64,000 nucleotides of DNA from the human T2T-CHM13v2.0 reference genome, Homo sapiens (GCF_009914755.1 NC_060933.1); one strand, 5' to 3'. Shown: positions 20,970-34,275, numbered from the stretch's first letter. The notes: a model not told the origin generated them from the letters alone. Made by a program: numbers and translations.

Positions 20970-23882
20970 TATACTTTAAGTTCTGGGATACATGTGCAGA
21001 ATGTATAGGTTGTTACATAGGTATACATGTCCCATGGTGGTTTGCTGCACCCATCAACACGTCATCTGCATTAGGTATTTCTCCTAATGCTATCCCGCCC
21101 CTTATCCCCCACCCCACCACACGCCCTGGTGTGTGATGTTCCCCTCTCTGTACCCATATGTTCTCATTATTCAACTCCAACTTATGAGTGAGAACATGTG
21201 GTGTTTGGTTTTCTGTTCCTGTGTTAGTTTGCTGAGAATGATGGTTTCCAGCTTCATCCGTGTCCCCGCAAAGGACACGAACTTATTCTTTTTTATGGCT
21301 GCATAGTACTCCATGGTGTGTATGTGCCACATTTTCTTTATCCAGTCTAACATTGATGGGCATTTGGGTTGGTTCCAAGTCTTTGCTATTGTGAATAGTG
21401 CTGCAATAAACATGTGTGCATGTCTCTTTATAGTAGACTGACTTATAATCCTTTGGGTATATACCCAGTAATGGGACTGCTGGGTCAAATGGTATTTCTA
21501 GTTCTAGATCCTTGAGGAATCACCACACTGCCTTCCACAATGGTTGAACGAATTTATACTCCCACCAACAGTGTAAAAGCATTCCTATTTCTCCACATCC
21601 CCTTCAGCATCTGTTGCTTCCTTACTTTTTAATAATTGCTATTCTAACTGGCATGAGATGTTATTTCATTGTGGTTTTGATTCACATTGCTGTAATGACC
21701 AGTGATGATGAAGTTTTTTTCATATGTTTATTGGCCACATTAAATGTCTTCTTTTGAAAAGTGTCTGCTCATATCCTTTATCCACTTTTTGATGGGGTTG
21801 TTTGTTTTTCTCTTGTAAAATTGTTTAAGTTCCTTGTAGATTTTGGATATTAGCCCTTTGTCAGATAGATTGCAAAAATTTTCTCCCATTCTGTAGGTTG
21901 CCTGTTCACTCTGATGGTAGTTTCTTTTGCTGTGTAGAAGCTCTTAGTTTAATTAGATTCCATTTGTCAGTTTTGGCTTTTGTTGCCATTGGTTTTGGTG
22001 TTTTAGTCATGAAGTATTTGCCCATGCCTATGTTCTGAATGGTATTCCCTAGTTTTTCTTCCAGGGTTTTTATGGTTTTAGGTCTTATGCTTAAATCTTT
22101 AACCTATCTTGAGTTGATTTTTGTGTAAGGTGTAAGGAAGGGGTCCAGTTTCAGTTTTCTGCATATGGCTAGCCAATTTTCCCAGCACCATTTATTAAAT
22201 AGGGAATCCTTTCCCCATTGCTTGTTTTTGTCAGGTTTGTCAAAGATCAGATGGTTGTAGATGTCTGGTGTTATTTCTGAGACCTCTGTTCTGTTCCATT
22301 GGTCTATATATCTGTTTTGGTACCAGTACCATGCTGTTTTGGTCACCGCAGCCTCGTAGTATGGTTTGAAGTCAGGTAGCATAATGCCTTCAACTTTGTT
22401 CTTCTTGCTTAAGATGGTCTTGGCTATATGAGGTCGTTTTTGGTTCTGTATGAAATTTAAAGTAGTTTTTTTCTAATTCTGTGAAGAAAGTCAATGGTAG
22501 CTTAATGGGAATAGCAATGAATCTATAAATTACTTTGGGCAGTATGGCCATTTTCACAATATTGATTCTTCCTATTCATGAGCATGAAATGTTTTTCCAT
22601 TTGTTTGCATCTTCTCTCGTTTCCTTGAGTGTGGTTTGTAGTTCATCCCTTGTATTCCTAGGTATTTTACTTTCTTTGTAGTAATTGTGAATGGGAGTTT
22701 GCTCACAGAGCAGAACTAAAGGAAATAGAGACATGAAAAACCCTTCAAAAAATCAGTGAATCCAGGAGCTGATTTTTTGAAAAGATTAACAAAATAGATA
22801 GACTGCTAGCCAGACTAATAAAGAAGAAAAGAGAGAAGAATCAAATAGACAGAATAAAATATGATAAAGGGGATATCACCACTGATTCCACAGAAATACA
22901 AACTACCATCAGAGAATGCTATAAGCACTGCTACGCAAATAAACTAGAAGATCTAGAAAAAATGGATAAATTCCTGGACACATACACCCTCCCAAGACTA
23001 ATCCAGGAAGAAGTCAAATCCCTGAATAGACCAATAACAAGTTCTGAAATTGAGGCAGTAATTAATAGCCTACCAACCAAAAAGAGCTCAGGACAAGATG
23101 GATTCACAGCCGAATTCTACCAGAGGTACAAATAGGAGCTGGTAGCATTCCTTCTGAAACTATTCCAATCAATAGAAAAAGAGGGACTCCTCCCTAACTC
23201 ATTCTATGAGGCCAGCATCATCCTGACACCAAAACCTGGCAGAGACACAACAACAACAACAAAATTTCAAGCCAATATCCCTAATGAACATCGATGCGAA
23301 AATCCTCAATAAAATACTGGCAAACCAAATCCAGCAGCACATTAAACAGTTTATCCACCACGATCAAGTCAGCTTTATCCCTGGGATGCAAGGCTGGTTC
23401 AACATACGCAAATCAATGAATGCAATCCATTACACAAACACAACCAATGACAAAAAACACAAGATTATCTCAATAGATGCAGAAAAGGCCTTTGATAAAA
23501 TTCAACACCCCTTCATGCTAAAAACACTCAATAAACTGGGAACGTATCTTAAAATAATAAGAGCAGTTTATGACAAACCCACAGCCAATATCATACTGAA
23601 TGGGCAAAAGCTAGAAGCATTCCCTTTGAAAACCGGCACAAGACAAGGATGCCCTCTCTCACCACTCCTATTCAACAGAGTATTGGAAGTTCTGGCCAGG
23701 ACAATCAGTCAAGAGAAAGAAATAATGGGTATTCAAATAAGAAGAAAGGAAGCCAAATTATCTCTCTTTGCAGATGACATGATTGTACATTTAGAAAACC
23801 CCATCGTCTCAGCCCCAAAACTCCTAAGCTGATTAGCAACTTCAGCAAAGTCTCAGGATACAAAATCAATGTGCAAAAATCA
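20942..23882 (-). mobile_element. LINE-1 (L1PA7-like) with twin-priming 5' inversion
   Basis: Poly(T), 3' UTR and ORF2 antisense 20942-22705; ORF2 sense 22706-23882 (ORF 23284-23832 ...[13 protein letters not shown]...LFADDMIV); perfect 16-bp TSD tagttactgcatcttt at 20926-20941 and 23883-23898. Confidence 0.97.
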
Positions 23883-24619
23883 TAGTTACTGCATCTTTGC
23901 AGCTCATCTCAATTTGAACACCAAATTGTCATCAGAAATACCTAATCTATATTTTGATTCCATCAAATTTACAGAGAAAAACATTCACATATCAAAATCC
24001 TTTCAAAAGTACTTAAAAGATTGTTAATAACTGAATAGAGCATCCATCTTTAACTTTAAATTAATTAACATTTTAAAATATAGTTCCTCAGTCCTACTAG
24101 ATAGATTTCAAATGTTCAAAGCTTACATATCTAGTGGTTACTGTATTGGGCAGTGAGGTTCTCTCGTTATAAAATTACATACCAAATAGTCTATGCCTTC
24201 TGGAGGTTCATTCTCCCATATAATTCAAGTTTCATCCCAGAATTGAGCTGAGGAATGTATTGTCATATTGTATACATTACTGAGTATTACATTATCCTAT
24301 AATTACAGCACCCTGGGGAGATGTGACCACTGCCTTAAAGGTGTAATATTATATACTGCAACTTTATTAAGACTTAAGAAATATTTATTTGAAACGTATT
24401 TGGAAGGAATGGAGTGACAAAGGCAGAATAGTTGGAAAGCAGGAGTGAAAGAAAACTGTGAGGAAAGTACATACAAAATAAATAAAGCACGTGGCTATTG
24501 ATCCACTCTATTGTGGAAATACAAAGCTATGCTGAGAGCCGGGAGATCTGGCTCAATGGTAGGCATGCTAAAGACCATGAGTTAGTCCTTCTCCTTTCTT
24601 GACCTGACTTCTCCACACT

Positions 24620-26560
24620 TCTAGCAATATCATGGATGGAGCCTTCAGAGACCCGCTGTTATTATGAACACATGGAAATGTGTTATAACAACAATGATAT
24701 AGTAATGATATTGCAACAGTGGTATAGCGATACATAGCTAAGACTGAAAGAAAGAAGCACAAATCCTGAAGGGTAAGAATTAAGAGATGGATCTAAGCCA
24801 AATGCATACTCATTCAAGTTAATGCCATAGAGGTTAAAGACATAGCAGACAAAATGGAAATTGAATGCTCCTGTAGGAACAAAAAGTGTGGAATTAGGAT
24901 TGTAGGGAACTGGAAGCTGTATATAGATGTTCTACATAACTCCAGGGCCATGAAAGATTGTAGAATCTATGTTATAAGGGGAAATTTTTTTCCCCACAAG
25001 TACAGAAAAGTTGCAAGAAAGTTTGTCTTCTGCCTATGACTAATGGGAAGAAAACATGTATCTAGAGTTCGAAATTGAAAAAATTAACATGCACCATACA
25101 TACATATTGGGTCAGAATTTGATATTCGTACACAGTTGGGATCACAAATGAAAAAAAAATGCGAAATTTACTCCAAGACCATTGTAAGCCCCATGGTTTC
25201 AGAATACACTAATGAAAGAAACCACACTGTGGAGACACTTCCAAAATCCAGAGGATATGTGCCTCCCATTGACAGCAGGGGATGGAGTGTGGCGGAAGGA
25301 CCACCACTGAAAGTAAACACATAGTCCAAAATTACAAATTACTTGAGGAAATAATCCACCATGTGGGAGATCAACAGAAACAACAAAGCAGAAAATTAAT
25401 ACCCCAAGAAGTTGAAATCAGAGAACAGAAGAATGAAGCTATCAAATAAATACATTTTAAATGATTAAAGAGAACACAGACAGAAACAAATTAAAGTGAA
25501 ATAAGAAATTATAAAAATATAATTTAAAAAATAGATACTATAAAGACAAAATATATGGTCTTAATTTTTTTAAAACATTACTGACTGGGCTAAACAGTAG
25601 ATTAGTCATAGTTGAAGAGAGAAGTAAAGAACAAGAAGATTAAAAAGATAAATTACCTAGATTGAAGTACAGAGATATAAATAAATGTAAACACATTTAA
25701 AATAGGTTAAGAATTATGAAGTAAGATATTAGAAGTTTCAATACTTTATTTTGTTAATATTAACCATATAAACCAATGTACAGCAAGTAGTAGTACTCAA
25801 AAAAATATTTGTTGAAAAGATGAATGAATGAATGAAGTTTCAGAAAGAGAAGATACATGATGCATGGTAATGGAGTGAAAATTAAAGATAAAAGAGCTGT
25901 TAATTTTTCAGAACAGAATAAAGATATGAGGTATCAGTTGAAAGAGATGTAACCAGTCCTGAAAAGTAAAAAAATCAAAATAAACACACAGACAAAACAT
26001 AGTGAAACTGTAGACATAGTAAGAATTGTAAAAAGCAAAGGAAAATGCACAATAGCAAAAATAAAAACAAAAATATTAGATGTTTGGTAGACTTCTTATC
26101 AGTAATAATAGGGGCCAGAATGAAACAATATCTATACAAAGGAAAGTACTTTTAAGCTGGTGATTCTATTATACCAAAATATCATTCAAGATTGATAGTA
26201 AGGTGAACAAATATTCAGAAAAGACTAAAGACTTATAGACCATCACAGAAAGTGTTGCTAAAGAATGTATTTCAGAAAGAAGCAAGTTATACTAAAAAGG
26301 AATTAGAGATGTGCAAGTTATAGTGGTGAGGAAAGAAATAAGTAGACATGTAAGTAAATCTAAATAAACAGAAACAGTAACAATAATAACTAAATTGAGG
26401 TAATTAGAAACAATGTTCAAAGAAAGTATTCCAAACAATAAATAACATGAATGACAGGGTGGCAGTGTGAACAAGAGAAAATATTCTAGGCTCTTTGAAT
26501 TGTTTGGCAAGTTTGGAGAGATTGACAAAACTGACTTTGTTGTCATGTATGCATCCTAAC
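24620..26560 (+). mobile_element. Ancient L1/HAL1-type 5' region and ORF1-like remnant
   Basis: Strong A-rich strand bias; ccaaaattacaaattacttgagg, aacagtagattagtcatagttgaagagagaa, tggtagacttcttatcagtaataatag ORF1-like motifs; heavily decayed. Confidence 0.55.
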
Positions 26561-26951
26561 ATTTAAACACCAAAAAAAAAAAAAAAAAAAGAGAAAGAAA
26601 GAAAAAAGAAATGCGACACACACACACTAATTGAAAGATAAATAAGCATCTCAAATATATTTTTAAAATGTTTCATCAACTAGGCCACACAAGAAGTCTA
26701 AGCAAATTTCAAAGAGTTAATATCATAGACCATGTTGTTTAACCACACTGGAAAAAAAAAAAATCAATAACAAAAAGATAACTAAAGTCTTTCATTTGAG
26801 AGACTAAAAGTCAATTAAATTGCTGATTAAGAATGGATAAGGAAAACTAAGTTATTTAAATCTGAATTACCATAACAACATTGCTAAATCTTATGTGATA
26901 TGGCTAAGGAAGTTACTAGGGCCAATTTATTGCCTTACTTAAGAAAAGAAG

Positions 26952-27070
26952 ATAATACTCTAGAAACCCGTACCTCACCATTACAATATATCCTTGTAAC
27001 AAACCTGTACACTTACCCTATGAATCTATGAAAATGTTAAAAAGGAAAAAATTGGATTACATTATTTAAA
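26952..27070 (+). mobile_element. Very short L1P (L1PB4/L1PA16-like) 3' end insertion
   Basis: acctcaccattacaatatatccttgtaacaaacctgtacacttaccctatgaatcta; TSD aagaaaagaag at 26941-26951 and 27071-27081. Confidence 0.7.
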
Positions 27071-27895
27071 AAGAAAAGAAGGCTAAACATAGATGAAAAA
27101 TGATTAAATTAAATATTAGAAAAAACCGTAGAGGGAAGAAAATATGAGCAAAAAATGAGAGAAATGAAAATAAAGCAGCACATAATAGAACCAAACTGAC
27201 TCAAGAAAAAAGGGAAAGAATGGATAAAACTCAAATCATTACAGAGATTAAATAAAAAATACATCTATATCTAAACATGCACACACTCCAACTGAACCTA
27301 AACATTTGCAGAAAAGATCAGAACTATAAGGCATATGCAATGCCTGTCTTATATACTACCTATTCCAGAGAATGTTGAGCAAAAAACATTATGCTCCCAG
27401 TCATTTCTTACTAAGATTAAAATTCAAAACTGGATAAGAGTACTACAAGAAAATTTAAAACAATATCACTTAGAAAGATTTATATAAAATCCTAATGAAT
27501 GACTATCAATTGTTATTCAGTATTTCCTGGATATTTAATAATCAGATAAAAGTTATCTCAAAAATGAAATTTTAACTGTTAAAAAAAATCTGTTACTTTT
27601 AACTCCTACCATTAAAAGGCAAAAGGAGTAAAAACATATGGTCTTCTCAATAAATGTAAAAATGTGTTTAATGTAATAATCTCCATCCATGGTATACATA
27701 ACTCTCAGCAACATAAGAAAATTAAAAAGCATTTTACAGATAAATTTATCCAGCAAAAAAACCAGCAGCAAAACTACTCAATAGAGACATTAAAAGCATT
27801 CCCTGTAAGGTCAGGACCAAGGCAGCAATGCCTGTTATTGCTGCATCTCTTAAATATGACATGGATGTCCAAGCTAGCACAATAAGATGAAAGGC

Positions 27896-27992
27896 AGAGA
27901 GAGAGACTGAGAGAGAAACAGAGAGACAGAGAGGAAGGAAGGAAGGAAGGAAGGAAGGAAGGAAGTAGGGGAGGGAGGGAGGGAGGGAGGGA
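27896..27992. repeat. Compound purine microsatellite (GA)n-(GGAA)8-(GGGA)6
   Basis: Eight perfect GGAA units at 27933-27964; six GGGA units at 27969-27992. Confidence 0.95.
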
Positions 27993-28427
27993 AAGAATTT
28001 GAAAGGGAGAAATGATGATTGGTATTTCTACAAAATAATTAATACATAAGAATTCCAGGAGAATGTCTATATTTGAAATATTAAGAATTTAGACTGTTGG
28101 GTATAATATCAAAACATATGAATTATCAGTGTTCACAAGGAATAGTAGCAATTTATTAGAAAACATAAATGTCTTAAAGATGCAATTTATGATAGTAACA
28201 TCAGCTATACAATATGAAGAAATAAGTCCAGAAAAAGATTTACATGAATTTTAAATAAGAACAAAATTATTAAACTTGTTGAAGTACACAACAGAACATT
28301 TGAGTATCAGGAGATTTATCACGTCGAAAGACATAAAAATGCAATGTTAATTTCTCCCAAATTATTGTACGAAATCACCAATTAATCTATAGTAATAAGT
28401 GCAATTTTAATAACAATCTCAACAATA

Positions 28428-28521
28428 TGTATGAGTCTGCGTGTGTGCATGCATGTGTACATGTATGTCTGTGTGTGTGTGGCATGTGTGTGTGTGCCGC
28501 TTGTGCTTGCATGTGTGTGTG
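28428..28521. repeat. Degenerate (TG)n/(TGCA)n purine-pyrimidine tract
   Basis: gtgtgtgcatgcatgtgtacatgtatgtctgtgtgtgtgtggcatgtgtgtgtgtg. Confidence 0.85.
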
Positions 28522-28838
28522 ACCTGACAAGTTGTTCCAAATGATTGTATGAAAGATTTTAAGGCTAAGACTAGCCAAGAAAAGTTTGAATAATAATATA
28601 AGAGACAATTGCTTGGCAGACTATTAATAATTTATATAAGGCTATGGTAATTAAAATAATGTTTAATTAACTGAGGGGTAGACAAACTAACAATAGCATC
28701 AACTTTAGAGCTCAGAAACAGACACATTTATATATGAGAAATTGCTATATGAGAAATGTGGTGTTTACAATTAGTGTGAAAATAATTTGTTCTTCTGTAA
28801 ACAGTGTTAAGTCAATTGACTATTCTTAGGCAAAAAAT

Positions 28839-28926
28839 AAAATAAAATAATTTCCTACCTAATTCCAGATGAATTAATAATCAAAATAAAATTATTCCCT
28901 ACCTAATTCCAGAAGAATTAACAATC
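28839..28926. repeat. 44-bp tandem duplication
   Basis: aaaataaaataatttcctacctaattccagatgaattaataatc / aaaataaaattattccctacctaattccagaagaattaacaatc, 4 mismatches. Confidence 0.9.
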
Positions 28927-29029
28927 TAAATGTGAATAGCATAACTTTAGAACATTTAACAAATAAGAAATTATTTCTATGACTTCAGGGTAAGGTGTAT
29001 ATAACAAATGAAATGCTAAACTTATGCAA

Positions 29030-30726
29030 TGAAAAATACAAAAATTACTGAAATAAATCAAAGATCTAAATAAATGGAGAAATAGTTTATGTTCACAGAT
29101 CTGACGACTCAATATTGTTTAGAAAGCAGTTCTTAAGTTTTGGTGTATGGATTCAACACATTTTCTGTCAAAATTTCAGCAGATTTTTAAATTTTTTTAG
29201 AAAAAATAACAGTTGACAAACTGAACCTAAAGATTATATGAAAATACAAAGAAATAAGAAAAGCCAAAATAAATTTGTAACAGAACAAGATAGAGGACTT
29301 AAACATCTTGATTTCAACTTATATAACTTACAGAACACAATACAGCATGACAGTTGTTTGAGGATAACCAATGGAAAAAAACTGAGAGTACAAAAATTAA
29401 TTTTTACTTTTATGGCTAATTGAATTTTGAGAAAGGTACCAAAGCAATTCAACTGCAGAAAGATAATCTTTTCAGCCATGTTTCTGAGAAATGAAATAAT
29501 GAATTTTCACCCTTATCCTATACCACTCACAAAAATTAACCCTAATTAAGTAATCATAGATTAATTAATCATAGGTCTAATTAATCATAGATCTAAATGC
29601 AAGAGGTAAAACTATTAAACTTCTAAAAGAGAACTTTTGGGGAAATGATGTTAGGTTGAACAAAGTGTTCTTAGATATAATATCAAAAGCATAATCCATA
29701 TAAGAAAAAAGTATTAAATTGGACTTTATCAAAATTAAAATAATTTTTACTGCAAAAAAATATTAAGAGGAATATACAAGTCACAGACTTGGAGAAAATA
29801 TTTGCAAATCCTACTTGCTGAAGGACTTTTATTTACAATATATAAGGAGGTCATATAATTCAATAATAAGACAAACAATCCAATACAATGGCAAAATATT
29901 TGAAGATATATTTTATCAAATAAGATAAACAATGGCCAAATAGCTCATGAAAAGATGCTCAGCATCATTAATCAATAGGGAAATACAAATCAAAACCACA
30001 ATAGGATAATGCTGCATATCCACTACAATGTCTATGATCAAAAAGACAGACAATAATGAGTGTTGATGAGGATGCAGAGAATGGAAATCTTCATACAATG
30101 CTGGAAATGTAAGATAGTACAGCCACTTTGAAAAACAATTTGACAGTTTCTTAAAAAGTTAAACATATACTTACCATATGACCCAGAAATTCTACCCTTA
30201 AGTATATACTCAAAATAAATAAAAACATTTGTCACATAGACCTGCATGTGAATTTTCGTAATAACATTATTAGTAAGAGCTCAAACATAAGAACAATGAA
30301 AATGTCTATCAACTGGTGAATGGATAAACAAAATGTGATATAGCCATATGATCAAATATTATTCAGCAATAAAAAGGAACAAACCATTGATAAGAGGGAC
30401 AAAGTGGATAACCTCAAAAACATTCTAAGTGGAAAAAGACAGACACAAAAGACTGCATATTATATGGTCTATTTATATGAAAGTTTCAGAAAAGGTAAGC
30501 CTCCACAGACAGAAAATGGACTAGCAGTGGCCTTGGGGCATAAGGAGGAACTGTAAACTGAATGCAAACAGACACAAGGTTTCTCTTTAGAGTGATGGAA
30601 ATGTTCTAAATCTGAATAGTGGTAATGGTTGCACAACTACATGAAGTTACTAATAATTATTGAATTTTACCCTGAAAAATAGGTGAATTTTATGGCATGT
30701 AATGTGTACTTCAATAAAGCTGTTAA
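29030..30726 (+). mobile_element. L1MB-type LINE-1, ORF2 3' part and 3' UTR
   Basis: aaagatctaaataaatggaga...gatgctcagcatcattaatcaatagggaaatacaaatcaaaaccacaat...gtgatggaaatgttctaaa...gtgaattttatggcatgtaatgtgtacttcaataaagctgtt. Confidence 0.85.
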
Positions 30727-30939
30727 GCAAACTCATAAAAATGACAATTATTATGAGAAAGATGATCAAATTTGGTCTTACAATATTTTTAAATAATGTA
30801 AATTATTTGATATTCATTAAATTTGATATGTATTAAAGTGTAAAACTAGTGTATAGCACACAGAGAAGCACATATAAAAACATGGTGTCATTTTCAAGGA
30901 TTCTCATCTTCCTTTCCCATGTTCTAGGGAAGCAGAATT

Positions 30940-31340
30940 GCATAGTGGAAAAAAGATTTGGAAGTATAGGTCTAAGTAATTTCATTTAAGAGCTGTATAA
31001 ATTATCAATTACCAGAGTTTCATATTTCCCACCTGTAAAATGGTCTCACATCCTTCTAACAGTAAAGAGTAAGTGATGCAATATATAACATAAATATTTT
31101 GAAAACTGTAGAGTACTGTACAAAATACTAAATTGCAATTGCTACCATATTGGGATACATTCTATGTGCCAGGGATTTTTTTTAGGCATTTTACATTGTT
31201 ATCTCACTAAATGACAAAAAAATAAAACTTATGAGATAAGTAACAACCTCTTAGTACAATGAGGCTGAAAACTAACTTCTTCAAGTTTATGAGACAATGG
31301 ATAGCAGGGATTGGATTCGGCTTAGATTTGCTGCAGTGAG
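30940..31340. mobile_element. Two adjacent MIR fragments in opposite orientation
   Basis: Sense tttcccacctgtaaaatgg (~31025); antisense ctatgtgccaggg...ttttacattgttatctcac...gaggctgaaa (~31160-31270). Confidence 0.55.
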
Positions 31341-31352
31341 AACCCTAACTAC

Positions 31353-32084
31353 AAGAGTGCAGCCTCTATGAAGAACAGTATAGAAATTCCTCAAAACTAC
31401 AAATATAACTGCTGTATGATCTAGCAATCCCACTAGTGGATATTTATTCAAAGGAAAGGAAAACAGTATATTGAAGAGATGTCTGCAGCCTCATGCTTAT
31501 TGCAGCAGTTTTCACAATAGCCAAGACATTAAATCAACCCATGTCCAACAACAGATGAAGGGATAAAGAAAATGTGGTACATATACACAATGAAATACTA
31601 TTCAGTCATAAAAAGAATGAAATCCTGTACTTTGAAGCAGCATGGATGGAACTGGAGGCCATTATTTTAAGTGAAATAAGCCAAGGACAGAAAGGCAATT
31701 ATGGCATGTTCTTATTCATATGTGGAAGCTAAAAATGTTGATTTCATAAGAGAAATAGTAGAACTGAGGTTTCCAGAGGTTGGGAAGTGTAGGGAGAATA
31801 GGGGATAGAGGGAGATATGTTAAAGGATACAAAATTACAGCTAGATAGGAAGGATACATTGTAGTGTTTTATAGCAATGTAGGATTGCTATAGTTAATAA
31901 TATATATTTTCAAATAGCTGGAAGAGGGGATATTGAATGTTCCCAGCACAAAGAGATGATAAATGTTTGAGATAATGGATATGCTATTAGCATACTCTGA
32001 TCTGATCACAATACGTGGTATTGAAATATCACTATGTTCCCCAAAAATACATAGTTATTATGTGTCAATAAAAATTAAAAACAA
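31353..32084 (+). mobile_element. L1MA (L1MA4/5-like) 3' end
   Basis: aaaggatacaaaattacagctagatagga...gaatgttcccagcacaaagagatgataaatgtttgag...tgtgtcaataaaaatt; degenerate TSD agaaccctaactac / agaaccccaaactac. Confidence 0.88.
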
Positions 32085-32196
32085 AGAACCCCAAACTACC
32101 TTGTCTTGTCTCTTTACAACCAAATAAGAAAATCAGACACATTTTCCATGCTTAAGGACTGATTCTCATGTGGAAACCCATCAAGAAAGTATTGGT

Positions 32197-32309
32197 GATA
32201 GGTGCAGCAAACCACCATGGCACACGTTTACCTGTGTAACAAACCTGCACATCCTGCACATCCTGCACATGTACCCTGGAACTTAAAAGGAAAAAGAAAA
32301 AGAAGGTAA
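32197..32309 (+). mobile_element. Very short L1PA 3' end insertion
   Basis: ggtgcagcaaaccaccatggcacacgtttacctgtgtaacaaacctgcacat...ggaacttaaaa plus A-rich tail; TSD aagaaagtattggt (32183-32196) / aagaaggtattggt (32310-32323). Confidence 0.9.
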
Positions 32310-32344
32310 AAGAAGGTATTGGTCCAGATGAAACAGGAGTGTTA

Positions 32345-32670
32345 TTTTCTTTTTTTAATTAATTAATTTATTTATTGTTTATTTTTTCTAGATGAAATCT
32401 TGCTCTGTCACCCAGATTGGAGGGCGGGTGGGGCGATCTTGACTCACTGCAACCTCTACCTCCTAGGTTCAAGCAATTCTCCTGCCTCACCCTCCCGAGT
32501 AGCTGGGATTACAGGCATTTGCCACCACACTTGGCTAATTTTTGTATTTTTAGTAGAGACAGGGTTTCACCATGTTGGCCAGGCTGGTCTCGAACTCCTG
32601 ACCCCAGGTGATCCAGCACCTCTGCCTCTTAAAGTGCTGGGATTACAGGCGTGAGCCACTGCACTGGGCC
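32345..32670 (-). mobile_element. Alu (AluSx-like)
   Basis: AT-rich tail at left; caccatgttggccaggctggtctcgaactcctgac; ends gagccactgcactgggcc. Confidence 0.96.
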
Positions 32671-32766
32671 TTATTTTTTAAATGTATGATTATTGTGAAA
32701 ATTTCATTAAAATTGTGGAATTTTTTTTTTTTTTTTAATGTATAGGTCACTTAAGAAATCCTTACT

Positions 32767-33068
<302 letters not shown>

Positions 33069-33879
33069 TTATTTAGGCTTGGAAAGGTCCATACGTACCC
33101 ACCTATGTGGAGGACATTTCCACATGAGTCTCCTGCCAGCCTGCAGGGCTCAATTAAAACTCATCCTTGTCTTCCCAAATACACTCTTTTAAACTCTTTT
33201 ATCTTCTATTTCCCATGGTACTTTTAGAATTCAAAGTCCAGAGATTTGAACTCATCTCTAAAACAACTAATAACATAGACCTGTTGAGTCTATATTTTAG
33301 ATATTTCTCAACTGTGGTTTTCTCTTCCTTTTCAATATCGTAAGACTGGTTGAATCTTTTGATCCTTCATGCCCTCAGTATCAGAGATGCTTCCAAATCA
33401 TTCTCCCCACCTCCAGTCTCTCCCTTATTTCCATCCCAGACTTTACGTAGACAAATAGCCCTAAAATGTCATGGCCATCATGCAGTTTTCTTGTTCATTG
33501 CATTTTCGTCTACCGAGGTTGAAAGAAATGTTAAAGGCTACTTACTATAATATTCTTTCTGAAATTTGAATTTCTAATTTCTAGAGTTCTACAGATTTAT
33601 AACTGAAGCTTCTTTTCATTAGGGTAAAATTAGCTGATAACTATATAGCTGGTTCAGAAAGGAAAAGGATCGAATTCATGAAGGAGGACACCAAGTTTTT
33701 GGAAGGTGGGAAAGAGGGATATCATATCTTTGTCTAAGTGGGTCTGTAGACAGGAAAATCCCTCTGTCCATGAACTCTCTTTACCTAGATGAGTCTTGCT
33801 TATCTTCCCGACCTAATTTTAGTCTTCCCTTCCTTTGAGAAGAGTCATCTCACAACCTAAAGCAGGTGCCACTAAGACA

Positions 33880-34275
33880 TGGTCTTATACCTCTCAGTAA
33901 TTTTTCTCCATAGCCCTGTGAAGTGATTAACCAACCTCTCACTGTATCAAAGTCTTCAACGTGATACCCAACAGGGAGATTGTCTATGCCCTTTACCATT
34001 TTCTCAGCAGTACTTAGCACAGTCCCTATGTGTTCAATACTCATTAAATGAATGAATGGATGAATGAATACATTAAGGGAAAAGGATAGACTAATTTTGG
34101 TGACAATTTGTCAAAAACCTGGGGAGCTCACAATTATTACATGCCCACAAGCAGCACGCTAAGGACTTTAAAAAGAATGCTTCCCCTTAGAGAGTGATTA
34201 ATATCTCATTTTATAGAAGAGAAAACTGAGACTCAATGAGGCAAAGTAGCTGGTCCCAGATCGTTGACAGATGCT
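33880..34275. mobile_element. L2 3' end (sense) followed by MIR (antisense)
   Basis: cagtacttagcacagtccctatgtgttcaatac...aatgaatgaatggatgaatgaat; then ctcattttatagaagagaaaactgagactcaatgaggcaaagtagctggtccc. Confidence 0.65.

Larger units (their letters stand above)
20606..24158 (+). mobile_element. MER33/Charlie5-family hAT DNA transposon split (20606-20829 and 23899-24158) by MER81 and an L1
   Basis: tagaaatataatgtgagccacatgtaat...aaatcctgtgtgtttttatgctta | gcagctcatctcaatt...agttcctcagtcctactag...atttcaaatgttcaa...ctagtggttactgtattgggcag. Confidence 0.75.
26640..29030 (+). mobile_element. Ancient L1ME-type ORF2 fragments
   Basis: taggccacacaagaagtctaagcaaatttcaaagagtt, aaagcattccctgtaaggtcaggaccaaggca, ctcagaaacagacacattt ORF2 motifs in order. 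Confidence 0.65.

Noticed and set aside
23284-23832. 182-aa reverse-transcriptase ORF with FADD motif
   Set aside because: Fragment of the inverted arm of a truncated L1; no promoter or EN domain, and a frameshift follows
23865-23882. The L1PA7 inverted arm ends at the same ORF2 motif (gtrcaaaaatca) that was the target of the L1MA insertion at 15615
   Set aside because: One is a priming site on RNA and the other an A-rich endonuclease target in DNA; two events cannot be distinguished from coincidence
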